Shown: positions 49,213 to 57,792 of the stretch, in pieces
Layout: each line of letters opens with the position of its first letter
How positions within the stretch are numbered: position 1 is the stretch's first letter
IMG/VR virus record: IMGVR_UViG_3300006752_006525
Span: 1-64,000 of that record
Reading direction: 5' to 3' (one strand)
Length of the DNA: 64,000 nt
Origin: a virus
The notes under the pieces: generated by a model
What the model saw: the letters and a program-made list of their open reading frames with translations, nothing else
The model's database searches: none
What the model was told of the DNA's origin: nothing
Made by a program: the position numbers and the translations under genes

Positions 49213-49830
49213 ATGGTAGTTAAAAACAACAAAATTATTCTCACAGATTGTGATGGAGTCCTACTCGATTGGGAGGAGGGCTTTTCTGTTTGGATGGAAC
49301 ATCACGGACATGAAAAGGTAGAAGGCTATCAATACATGTATAACATTGGTGATAGGTATGGTATCACTAAAGAACAAGGTAAGAAGTCTATCAAGACATT
49401 CAATGAGAGTGCCGCCATTGGCTTCTTACCTCCCCTCAGAGATGCACAATACTATGTGAAGTTACTTGCTGAAAAACATCAGTATAGGTTTGTTGTGCTC
49501 ACAAGTCTCAGTTTAGATCCTTATGCAAAAGAACTGAGAATCAGAAACCTAAACAAAATATTCGGCGACATATTCTTAGACGTCATTTGTTTAGACACAG
49601 GTGCAGACAAAGATGAAGCACTGGACCAACTTGCTCAAAAGTACCAAGGTAACTATTGGGTTGAAGATAAACCTGAGAATGTTATGGCTGGTGTAGACAG
49701 AGGCTTTACAGGTATTCTCATAGAGCATGGACATAACATGGGTTGGGAAGATACCTTTGTTGCTAAGAAGTGGGAAGATATCTACAATCTTGTAACAAGG
49801 AATGAAAAGCAAGAAGACTACTCTCGGTAA
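49213..49830 (+). CDS. HAD-family 5'(3')-deoxyribonucleotidase
   Basis: TDCDGVL motif I, VEDK motif IV. Confidence 0.8.
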   Translation: MVVKNNKIILTDCDGVLLDWEEGFSVWMEHHGHEKVEGYQYMYNIGDRYGITKEQGKKSIKTFNESAAIGFLPPLRDAQYYVKLLAEKHQYRFVVLTSLSLDPYAKELRIRNLNKIFGDIFLDVICLDTGADKDEALDQLAQKYQGNYWVEDKPENVMAGVDRGFTGILIEHGHNMGWEDTFVAKKWEDIYNLVTRNEKQEDYSR

Positions 49831-50059
49831 GTATCTCAAGTTTAGATTACCCACTGGAGGTGCAGGGTTGCCAGCTCAAATGCACAAGAACAAAATAGCA
49901 AAATGTGTAAGAGGTTACACAGAACCAGTTGGTATAGATGTTAAATTTGAAACAGAAGGGTACACATTGAACGTGTATTTTGAATCAAATACGGATTTAG
50001 CACAGTTTTTATTGCTATACAGCAACGAATACGGCAAACCCAGTGTGCTAAGTTATTGA
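49802..50059 (+). CDS. Hypothetical protein
   Basis: Overlapping ORF. Confidence 0.5.
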   Translation: MKSKKTTLGKYLKFRLPTGGAGLPAQMHKNKIAKCVRGYTEPVGIDVKFETEGYTLNVYFESNTDLAQFLLLYSNEYGKPSVLSY

Positions 50060-50079
50060 TTTTATTAGAGAAAAAAACC

Positions 50080-50132
50080 GGTTGACAATACACAGAAATT
50101 TGCTATACTATATGCATAGTTAGGAAATAGGA
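50080..50132 (+). promoter_or_regulatory. Early promoter module, copy 2
   Basis: GGTTGACAA..AAATTTGCTATACTATATGCATAGTTAGGAAATAGGA. Confidence 0.8.
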
Positions 50133-50139
50133 GAGCAGA

Positions 50140-50805
50140 ATGAAATTCCCAGTAATAGAAGTTATATCAACGTCTGTAGCAATACACAAAATGAATGGTG
50201 GCTTTGTAAAGACACATAATCTTCGTGAGGAAGATGAGAGCAAAACACCAAACAGCAAATTGCTATATTCTTATTTCCTTGATTCAAAGAAGAAGCCTGA
50301 TGTAACAATCACTCAGGATGACACTAACAAGGCTATGGAGATCATTGAGTATCTCAAAGGCTTAGGCTTCAAAGCAATTGAGCGTAAGCTCACAGATTTT
50401 GAGAGCAATGTTCTCAAATTGGTCACTGCCGAAGAGATTGGCAAAGACAAGATTGGTATTGCCGCTAGTTTACCTAAGGTATACCAAAACAAACTTGATC
50501 AAGATACTTGGTCTGTACGTGAGAACGAACTTGCTAACCAAAGTGAATTCGAGGGCGAGTTGCACAAAAGAGGTAACTTTGAACTCACAGTTGAGAACGT
50601 GAGGTACATTGCTTCAGTTGGTAGCACACTGTTCTGCACTTGCTCATCTAAGGGCAACATTGTCAAGTTCTTTAATGACAATGAACGCAAAATCAAAGTG
50701 GGCGACAAGATTCATGTTACAGGTTACATCAAGTCTCATGAAGAAAGCAAGTATCATGGCGGTAAGGAAACTATGATCAATCGTATAAAATATTGCGATA
50801 AGTAA
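50140..50805 (+). CDS. Early protein with C-terminal OB-fold-like domain
   Basis: KVGDKIHVTGYIK..ET.INR. Confidence 0.55.
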   Translation: MKFPVIEVISTSVAIHKMNGGFVKTHNLREEDESKTPNSKLLYSYFLDSKKKPDVTITQDDTNKAMEIIEYLKGLGFKAIERKLTDFESNVLKLVTAEEIGKDKIGIAASLPKVYQNKLDQDTWSVRENELANQSEFEGELHKRGNFELTVENVRYIASVGSTLFCTCSSKGNIVKFFNDNERKIKVGDKIHVTGYIKSHEESKYHGGKETMINRIKYCDK

Positions 50806-50872
50806 AAATTTCCGGTTGACACATAGTACAGTTCCTGTATAATTAACAAATATTCACAAGAGGTATTCAACC

Positions 50873-51292
50873 TTGAACATTGGCATTGAAGGTCCACGAG
50901 GCGGTAAAGTTGATTTAGGTTTACAGGCGTATGCTACTCTGGCTGTACGCAGTTTTGCCCAGCAACTTGGCATTAGCCGTTTGAAGACAAACATTGTGGT
51001 GCGTTTGCACAACAGGATTCATGTTGGTGACTTTGGTACTGAAGGTTTATGCGAGAGCATCGACAATCGTAATTTTGTAATTGATGTTGCTCTGTTTGGC
51101 AACTGGCTGAGCATACTTGCACACGAAATGGTGCATGTAAAACAGTTTGCTCGTGATGAGATGGACGCAGGTCTTACTCGTTGGAAGAGCAACCACTATG
51201 CAGGCAACATTGATTATTGGGACCAGCCCTGGGAGAAAGAGGCTCGTAAATTGCAACACAAGATGGTTGCAGAATTTGACAAACTAGATTAA
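50873..51292 (+). CDS. Zn metallopeptidase-like (HExxH)
   Basis: LAHEMVHVKQ, PWEKEA. Confidence 0.75.
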   Translation: MNIGIEGPRGGKVDLGLQAYATLAVRSFAQQLGISRLKTNIVVRLHNRIHVGDFGTEGLCESIDNRNFVIDVALFGNWLSILAHEMVHVKQFARDEMDAGLTRWKSNHYAGNIDYWDQPWEKEARKLQHKMVAEFDKLD

Positions 51293-51298
51293 GTTTAT

Positions 51299-51375
51299 GC
51301 GCCTGTAGCTCAACCGGATAGAGCATCGGCCTTCTAAGCCGAGGGTTGCAAGTTCGAGTCTTGCCAGGCGTGCCA
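51299..51375 (+). tRNA. tRNA-Arg(TCT)
   Basis: Anticodon arm TCGGC-CT-TCT-AA-GCCGA; CCA end. Confidence 0.95.
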
Positions 51376-51459
51376 AAGAAGTGAGTGAGTTGAAAACAGT
51401 AGACTGCATTCACATAAAGTGTAGTAAAAGTTAAGAAGAGGGTAATAGTTAGAGGGCAA

Positions 51460-51557
51460 GAAAGGACGGCTAGTTGGCGGTGGCAAGAGAAGACCACAGG
51501 AGTTTAGATTTAGTCGTGATGTGCAATAACCTATCATACAGGTTGCGGGGTCCTTTC
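51460..51557 (+). ncRNA. Candidate structured ncRNA inside the tRNA cluster
   Basis: 8-bp closing helix GAAAGGAC/GTCCTTTC enclosing GGCTAG/TTAGTC, GTGG/CCAC and GCAA..CCT/AGGTTGC. Confidence 0.4.
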
Positions 51558-51579
51558 GATTATTTTGTAAAAAGTATAT

Positions 51580-51667
51580 GCCTGAGTGGTGAAATTGGTA
51601 GACACAAGGGACTTAAAATCCCTCGCCTGTAATGGGTGTGCCGGTTCGAGTCCGGCCTCAGGTACCA
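51580..51667 (+). tRNA. tRNA-Leu(TAA)
   Basis: AGGGA-CT-TAA-AA-TCCCT, long variable arm, CCA. Confidence 0.95.
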
Positions 51668-51676
51668 TTTTAATTA

Positions 51677-51753
51677 GGGCCCTTAGCTCAGTTGGTTAGA
51701 GCATCCGACTCATAATCGGCAGGTCGTTGGTTCAAATCCAACAGGGCCCACCA
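51677..51753 (+). tRNA. tRNA-Ile2(CAT), lysidine type (alternatively Met)
   Basis: CT-CAT-AA loop; GGGCCCT acceptor with C4/C5 as in bacterial ileX; CCA. Confidence 0.85.
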
Positions 51754-51756
51754 ACT

Positions 51757-52359
51757 TTATTTTAGTGATATGAATTCTGGATTTGCAAATGACAATTCTC
51801 TTTGCTCTTGCCATTCAGTAAAGCTCACAGGTTCAAACTCTATATCATCTTTCACAAACCAAGTTTCGAATACACCAACTTCTAAACCTTCGGGTATATA
51901 TCTCACAGGTGTTACATCATATACAGCAACTTTATAACCTCTATCAAGCAAGTAGTCCTCTACATCTTGCTTTGTGCTGTCCTCAAACCTGTAGTAATCG
52001 TGTTCAAATGTAATGCTGTCAAACGTACAGCCTGCTTCTATAATGTGCTGTAGGGCCTTGTACGTTGTTGTAGAGCCCAGTATGTCTATGCTGAGATAGC
52101 CATAATGTCCTGCATGTTGTTCAAAGTCATAGTTAAATACATCTATAAAATGTATGTTCTTTCTATTATGATATGCCCAATGTTTCCACCATTGGTCTCT
52201 GTCAATTTCAATACTGAAACCTTGCCAGCATAATGTGTCTAATAGAAATGTATTGTTACTGATAACAGGATGGTGGCCACCTATCTCTATATAGGTATTG
52301 TGTTTGCATGTTTCTAATGCAAAGATATCTTGATAAGATTGGCTAAAACTACTGTACAT
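51757..52359 (-). CDS. FkbM-like methyltransferase
   Basis: SQSYQD, YIEIGG..NNT, YLSID, FEHD; TATAAATA 7 nt before ATG. Confidence 0.65.
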   Translation of the reverse strand: MYSSFSQSYQDIFALETCKHNTYIEIGGHHPVISNNTFLLDTLCWQGFSIEIDRDQWWKHWAYHNRKNIHFIDVFNYDFEQHAGHYGYLSIDILGSTTTYKALQHIIEAGCTFDSITFEHDYYRFEDSTKQDVEDYLLDRGYKVAVYDVTPVRYIPEGLEVGVFETWFVKDDIEFEPVSFTEWQEQRELSFANPEFISLK

Positions 52360-52419
52360 GTAATAGTATTTATAATCCTACTTTATGATAAATAGTACAA
52401 TAAGGTAGGAGATTTTATT

Positions 52420-52749
52420 ATGGCAGAGGAACAAACAGCAGACAAACACTTTCATCCAGCAGACAGCAACGGTGATGGTAAAGTCTCAAAACAAGAAGAG
52501 CAAATGTATTTGGAATTCAGACGTAAGGAGTTAGAAGACCAAGACGCAATGAGAGACGCACAAAGACAGATGGCGTGGTTCTCATTGTATGGAATGTTAG
52601 CATACCCAGTGCTAGTTATCGGTACAAATTTTGCAGGCGTTGAAAAGGCCGCAGACATTTTAGGTGACATGGCAGGCGTATACTTCATTGCAGTTGCAGG
52701 TATTGTTGCCGCATTTTTTGGTGCCCAGGCTTGGACAGGTAAGAAGTAA
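52420..52749 (+). CDS. Late membrane protein with EF-hand-like loop (holin-like?)
   Basis: DSNGDGKVS; two TM helices; GATAAATA at 52387. Confidence 0.55.
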   Translation: MAEEQTADKHFHPADSNGDGKVSKQEEQMYLEFRRKELEDQDAMRDAQRQMAWFSLYGMLAYPVLVIGTNFAGVEKAADILGDMAGVYFIAVAGIVAAFFGAQAWTGKK

Positions 52750-52751
52750 AG

Positions 52752-53054
52752 ATGGATTTTATCAAACACTTTTGTAGATTGATTACTAAGGAAGAACTTA
52801 GTAATGATGATGTAGTGAACTATTTTGACATAGTTCAAAGTGTTTGTCCATCTAAAATTGTTAAAGCATACAGCAACGACGGAACACAAATAGAAGCCAA
52901 CGTTACTGTATATGAAGCAGACAATGATAAACTTATCTATGAGATTGTTTTAGAACAACAACTCGACATAAACGAAGGGGAAGACATAGCAGATGAAATT
53001 GCAGAAGAATTCCCTGATTTAGATTTTGAATACGAGACCAGTTTAGAGTTTTAA
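52752..53054 (+). CDS. Acidic hypothetical protein
   Basis: ORF. Confidence 0.6.
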   Translation: MDFIKHFCRLITKEELSNDDVVNYFDIVQSVCPSKIVKAYSNDGTQIEANVTVYEADNDKLIYEIVLEQQLDINEGEDIADEIAEEFPDLDFEYETSLEF

Positions 53055-53055
53055 T

Positions 53056-53412
53056 ATGAGATTACAAGAACTATTTTTAACGCAAGAAGACAAAGTCAAG
53101 AAGGCAGAGCAAAAGCTCAAAGGTCTTAGACGTGCAATCGAAGATGGTGATACACCAGAGATTCACAATGCTGGTTACACTATTCAAGGACCTGCTTGGG
53201 GTGACCTAGAGAAGATGGGTTTTGCTGAGAAGCAACAAGAACCTTCAGGTGGTAACTATGTACGTGAGCGTTGGATGTACAATGGACCAGGTCCAATTAA
53301 ATTGTTAACCAAGTACGCCAAGTCAACCGACAGTGGAATGCAACATGGTACAAAGGAACGTGTCATGCAACCAGGCGATGCAACTGATTGGATAGAAGTA
53401 GACTATACGTGA
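53056..53412 (+). CDS. Hypothetical protein
   Basis: MRLQEL start typical of head-internal proteins. Confidence 0.55.
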   Translation: MRLQELFLTQEDKVKKAEQKLKGLRRAIEDGDTPEIHNAGYTIQGPAWGDLEKMGFAEKQQEPSGGNYVRERWMYNGPGPIKLLTKYAKSTDSGMQHGTKERVMQPGDATDWIEVDYT

Positions 53413-53494
53413 GCGTAGGCGTTTTCTTTCTTGGAGTAATTATGATGCTACCAATGATTGCAGGTGCCATTACATTCTATCTATCAGTTAAAGA

Positions 53495-53704
53495 ATGCAA
53501 ATAGAAGTATACAGAATAGGCGATATATTTGTTGCATACGATAAGCAAGGCAACAGAATTAAAGATCGCAACATCCTCGATCAAATATCATTTGATCAAA
53601 TCCCAGGTCTTAAGGTACACTACGAAATAGATTTACCGATTGACACTAGCCAAAAACCTGCTATAATTAATGCTGTGGACATAAATATTAACACAGGAAA
53701 ATAA
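53495..53704 (+). CDS. Hypothetical protein
   Basis: ORF. Confidence 0.5.
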   Translation: MQIEVYRIGDIFVAYDKQGNRIKDRNILDQISFDQIPGLKVHYEIDLPIDTSQKPAIINAVDININTGK

Positions 53705-53705
53705 T

Positions 53706-53969
53706 ATGGCATTTAACAGATCATTTAATACAGAAGAACAAGCACGTCTTAAGAAGTTAATCGACGAAGGCATGCAAGTTACGTATGAGATTGAAAATCT
53801 CAAAGAAGGTCTTCGCGATACAGTGAAAGCAATCGCAGAAGAAATGGACCTCAAACCAGGTGTGCTAAACAAAGCAATTCGTATTGCACACAAAGCAAGT
53901 TTCCAAGATGAGTATGACAAGTTCGATGAACTAGAAACTATCCTTGAAACTGTTGGTAGAACTCTTTAA
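53706..53969 (+). CDS. dsDNA-binding protein (T4 DsbA/GapR-like)
   Basis: 87-aa helical protein, EIENLKE.L...KAIAEE.DLKP..LNKAIR. Confidence 0.6.
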   Translation: MAFNRSFNTEEQARLKKLIDEGMQVTYEIENLKEGLRDTVKAIAEEMDLKPGVLNKAIRIAHKASFQDEYDKFDELETILETVGRTL

Positions 53970-53999
53970 TTAGATAACTATCTTTTTTAATTTGGTATT

Positions 54000-54019
54000 G
54001 CGTCAGCCGGAAGTGATGC
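54000..54019 (+). promoter_or_regulatory. Hairpin just 5' of the polymerase SD (possible autogenous operator)
   Basis: GCGTCA-GCCGGAAG-TGATGC then GGAG. Confidence 0.4.
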
Positions 54020-54035
54020 TCGGAGACAGACAAAT

Positions 54036-56717
54036 ATGAGTTACGTAGACGCCTTCTACGATAAGCAGAAAGATCTTATTCGCGTTGTCGAACGTATAAA
54101 CGGACAACGTCTGCTAGTGGAACACAAACCCGAATACAATTTTTATGTTGCCGATCCGAGAGGTTCGCATAGAAGTATCTATGGCGAGCCAGTTGCAGAA
54201 ATTCGCTGTAAGAATATCAAAGACTTTCGCAAGAATGTTGCTATCAATAAAACAAACAAAACGTTTGAAACTGATATCAAGCCTGTAAATAAAACATTAG
54301 CAAAGCATTATCTCAATGCTGATATCCCTAAACTACATACTGCATTTTTAGATATCGAGGTAGACTTTGATCCACAACGTGGATACAGTTCACCCGAAGA
54401 TGCATTCATGGAGATCACATCTATTGGTGTGTACTTACAGTGGATGGATGCTATGGTGTGTTTGGCTGTTCCGCCTAAGACACTTAGTTGGGGTCAAGCA
54501 CAAAACGTTGCCAGTGAATTGCAAGAAGTAATACTGTTTAAGACTGAGAAAGAAATGCTACAAACATTTCTCAACCTCATAGAAGATGCAGACATACTGA
54601 GTGGTTGGAACAGTGAGGGCTATGATATTCCTTATATTGTAAATAGGATTATCAAGGTACTGGGCAAAAGTGAATTACGTAAACTTTGTTTGTTTGATCA
54701 ACTGCCAAAGCAGAGAACATATGAAGCATTCGGTAGTGAGCGTGAGACATATGATTTAATTGGTCGTGTACACTTAGACTATATGCAACTGTATCGCAAA
54801 TACAACTATGAGGAACGACACAGTTACAGGCTGGACTACATTGGTGAGATGGAAGTAGGTGAGAAGAAGGTAGCCTATGAAGGTAGTTTGGACAGGCTTT
54901 ATAATCATGACTTCAAACTGTTCTTAGAATACAACATCCAAGACGTTATGCTGTTGGATAAACTAGATAAGAAACTACAGTTTATTGACTTAGCAAACAC
55001 TATTGCACATGATAACACAGTGCTATTGCCAACCACAATGGGTGCTGTGGCAACAACAGAACAAGCAATTATCAATGAAGCACACAGACGTGACTACATT
55101 ATTCCAGACAGAGATCGCAGTGAGCGAAAGAACACACAGGCGGCAGGTGCTTATGTTGCGTTCCCCAAGAAAGGTTTTCATGAATGGGTAGGTAGCATGG
55201 ACTTAAACAGTCTGTACCCTAGTGTGTTCAGAGCATTGAATATGGCACCAGAGACTATTGTAGGGCAACTGAGACAAGACTACACTGAAGAAGAAATCAT
55301 AAACAAGCAGACACTGGAAAAGAAATCATTTGCAGATGCATGGTTAGGTAAGTTTGGTAGCAATGAATATGAAATGGTCATGGGCAAAGACGTTAACCAC
55401 ACAATGCATTTGGATATGGAAGATGGCTCAACTGTAGAAGTTACAGGCGCCGATGTTTACAACTTAGTTTTTAATAGTGGGCAACCTTGGAATATCAGTG
55501 CTAATGGTACAATATTCAAAACAGACTTCCAAGGTATTGTTCCAGGCTTATTGGAGAGATGGTATGCAGAAAGAAAAGAGTTACAAGCAAACAAAAAGAA
55601 AGCAACCACAGATGCCGACATTGCATTTTGGGATAAGCGACAGTTGGTCAAGAAGATTAATCTTAATAGTTTGTATGGTGCTATTCTCAATCCTGGTTGT
55701 AGATTCTTTGACAAAAGAATCGGTCAATCCACAACACTTACTGGACGGGCCATTACCAAACACATGGGAGCAGAAACAAACAGAATGCTTACAGGAGTGT
55801 ACGATCATACTGGCGACACTATAGTATATGGTGACACTGACTCTGTGTACTTTACTGCAACTCCAGCATTAAAAGAAGGACAGACATTAGATATGGAGAG
55901 TGCAATTAATTTGTATGACCACATCTCAGATAGTGTTAGTTCTACTTTTCCTAAGATGCTGAAGGAACAATTTAACGTACCTTATGAACAAGGTGCAGTT
56001 ATGCAGGCAGGTAGAGAAGTAGTTGGTAGGTCAGGTTTGTTCATTACCAAGAAGCGATATGCAATCAAGTGTTTAGACATTGAGGGATATCAACCTGAGG
56101 GTGGTAAACTAAAGATCATGGGCATGGACATCAAGCGAAGTGATACGCCTGAGTTTATACAAGACTTCTTAGAAGAAGTATTAGATGATGCTCTTGATGG
56201 TAAGCCTGAAGATGAAGTATTGGATAAGATTAGAACATTTAAGAAAGGCTTCCAAGAACTAGATCCTTGGTTAAAAGGTATGCCTAAACGTGTAAACAAC
56301 TTAACAACATACAGTGAGAAACTTGCAAAGCAACGTAGAGTCGAAGCAAACAACTACAAGTTAAAACGTCTCACAGACATGGCACCAGAGAACAATATGA
56401 TACCTGGACATGTTAGAGCAAGTATAAACTGGAACGAACTTAAAAATGCACACGGTGACAACTACAGTATGACTATCATGGATGGCATGAAAGTGATTGT
56501 GTGTAGGCTTAAAAATAATCCTATGGGTTACTCAAGTATTGCATATCCCACAGATGAAATGCATATACCTGAATGGTTTAAGGATTTGCCGTTTGATACT
56601 GAAGCAATGGAGCAGGCAGTATTGGATAAGAAGATCAGCAATGTACTAGGTGCAATGAATTGGGATCTCAAACGAATTAACGAAAGTGAGGCCTTACAAG
56701 CCTTCTTTGAATTTTAA
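54036..56717 (+). CDS. Family B DNA polymerase (gp43-like)
   Basis: DIEV, GWNSEGYD, YNIQD exonuclease motifs; DLNSLYPS, KINLNSLYG, YGDTDS, KKRY. Confidence 0.97.
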   Translation: MSYVDAFYDKQKDLIRVVERINGQRLLVEHKPEYNFYVADPRGSHRSIYGEPVAEIRCKNIKDFRKNVAINKTNKTFETDIKPVNKTLAKHYLNADIPKLHTAFLDIEVDFDPQRGYSSPEDAFMEITSIGVYLQWMDAMVCLAVPPKTLSWGQAQNVASELQEVILFKTEKEMLQTFLNLIEDADILSGWNSEGYDIPYIVNRIIKVLGKSELRKLCLFDQLPKQRTYEAFGSERETYDLIGRVHLDYMQLYRKYNYEERHSYRLDYIGEMEVGEKKVAYEGSLDRLYNHDFKLFLEYNIQDVMLLDKLDKKLQFIDLANTIAHDNTVLLPTTMGAVATTEQAIINEAHRRDYIIPDRDRSERKNTQAAGAYVAFPKKGFHEWVGSMDLNSLYPSVFRALNMAPETIVGQLRQDYTEEEIINKQTLEKKSFADAWLGKFGSNEYEMVMGKDVNHTMHLDMEDGSTVEVTGADVYNLVFNSGQPWNISANGTIFKTDFQGIVPGLLERWYAERKELQANKKKATTDADIAFWDKRQLVKKINLNSLYGAILNPGCRFFDKRIGQSTTLTGRAITKHMGAETNRMLTGVYDHTGDTIVYGDTDSVYFTATPALKEGQTLDMESAINLYDHISDSVSSTFPKMLKEQFNVPYEQGAVMQAGREVVGRSGLFITKKRYAIKCLDIEGYQPEGGKLKIMGMDIKRSDTPEFIQDFLEEVLDDALDGKPEDEVLDKIRTFKKGFQELDPWLKGMPKRVNNLTTYSEKLAKQRRVEANNYKLKRLTDMAPENNMIPGHVRASINWNELKNAHGDNYSMTIMDGMKVIVCRLKNNPMGYSSIAYPTDEMHIPEWFKDLPFDTEAMEQAVLDKKISNVLGAMNWDLKRINESEALQAFFEF

Positions 56718-56776
56718 TCGAAAAAAATGGATAAATTTATCTTGACTTTTCTAAATAATAGTGTACAATTAGACTT

Positions 56777-57025
56777 ATGCCAGAACCTAAACAAGTAAAA
56801 CAAGCATTCTACGAAGCATTAACTGATACAGGTATTGCGGCCGTAGTTAACATACCACTAAACTTTGTGTTAGTGTATTTGTGTATTGATGTATGGCAAG
56901 TAGGTACTATGTGGACTAGTGTTATTATGACAACTTTGTTCACGGCGTATGCTATTATACGTAAGACAATAGTTAGACTATATTTTGAACGTGAAGCAAT
57001 TAAGAAACAAGCCAAAGTAATTTAA
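56777..57025 (+). CDS. Small membrane protein
   Basis: Two TM helices; leaderless after TTGACT..TACAAT. Confidence 0.55.
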   Translation: MPEPKQVKQAFYEALTDTGIAAVVNIPLNFVLVYLCIDVWQVGTMWTSVIMTTLFTAYAIIRKTIVRLYFEREAIKKQAKVI

Positions 57026-57034
57026 GGAGATAAT

Positions 57035-57790
57035 ATGGCAGATAATTATATCAAAGATACATTGCGAGATGTATTAAGGCATACCCATAACTTGGGTATT
57101 TTTGAAATGGTAAAGATCAAAGGCAGTGTTGAATCAACTGACATTGAAACTGTTGATGCAGAAAAGACTGTGATCTTAAAAGGTAACACAATTAATCCTG
57201 TGCCAGACTTTGTTGATGCAACAGTAGGTCTAAGCAGAATGGGTGTGTTAGATGGTTACTTGAAGTTTCCAGGCTTTGATGATGAGGCGGCCACAGTGCA
57301 AGTTGTTACACAAAATCGTAACGATGAAGATGTGCCTGTTGAAGTTGAATTTGTTAGTCCTGAAGGAACAGATGCACACTACAGATTTATGTTAGCAGAT
57401 GTTGTTAACCAGCAACTAAAAGACATCAAGTTTAAGGGTGCAGAGTTCGATGTAAACATTGTGCCTAGTGCAAAGATGCTTAAAGATCTAAGTTACTTCA
57501 ACAGTGTAATTGGTGCATTTGAAACTAACTTCTCGCCAAAGACTGAAGACAATAAGTTGTATTTCTACATTGGTGATGAAGGCAGTGACAGAACTAAAGT
57601 ACTTGTTGCTGATGGTGTTGATGGCGACATCAAACATGACTTCCGTTGGAACTTAGATATTGTACTTAAGATTTTACGTTTAGGTGACAATTCAAATGTT
57701 GTTATGAGTTTTAATGCACAAGGTCTATGTCAAATTGTTGTTGACAGTGGACTAGGTGTATACACTTACTTACTACCAGCAAGGAGTTAA
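57035..57790 (+). CDS. Sliding clamp (gp45-like)
   Basis: 251 aa, next to the polymerase; C-terminal VDSGLGVYTYLLPA. Confidence 0.6.
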   Translation: MADNYIKDTLRDVLRHTHNLGIFEMVKIKGSVESTDIETVDAEKTVILKGNTINPVPDFVDATVGLSRMGVLDGYLKFPGFDDEAATVQVVTQNRNDEDVPVEVEFVSPEGTDAHYRFMLADVVNQQLKDIKFKGAEFDVNIVPSAKMLKDLSYFNSVIGAFETNFSPKTEDNKLYFYIGDEGSDRTKVLVADGVDGDIKHDFRWNLDIVLKILRLGDNSNVVMSFNAQGLCQIVVDSGLGVYTYLLPARS

Positions 57791-57792
57791 GT

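Noticed and set aside
51174-51537. Minus-strand ORFs over the tRNA region
   Set aside because: Antisense translations of tRNA genes
54036-56717. Intein or intron in the DNA polymerase
   Set aside because: Continuous 893-aa ORF with all PolB motifs at normal spacing
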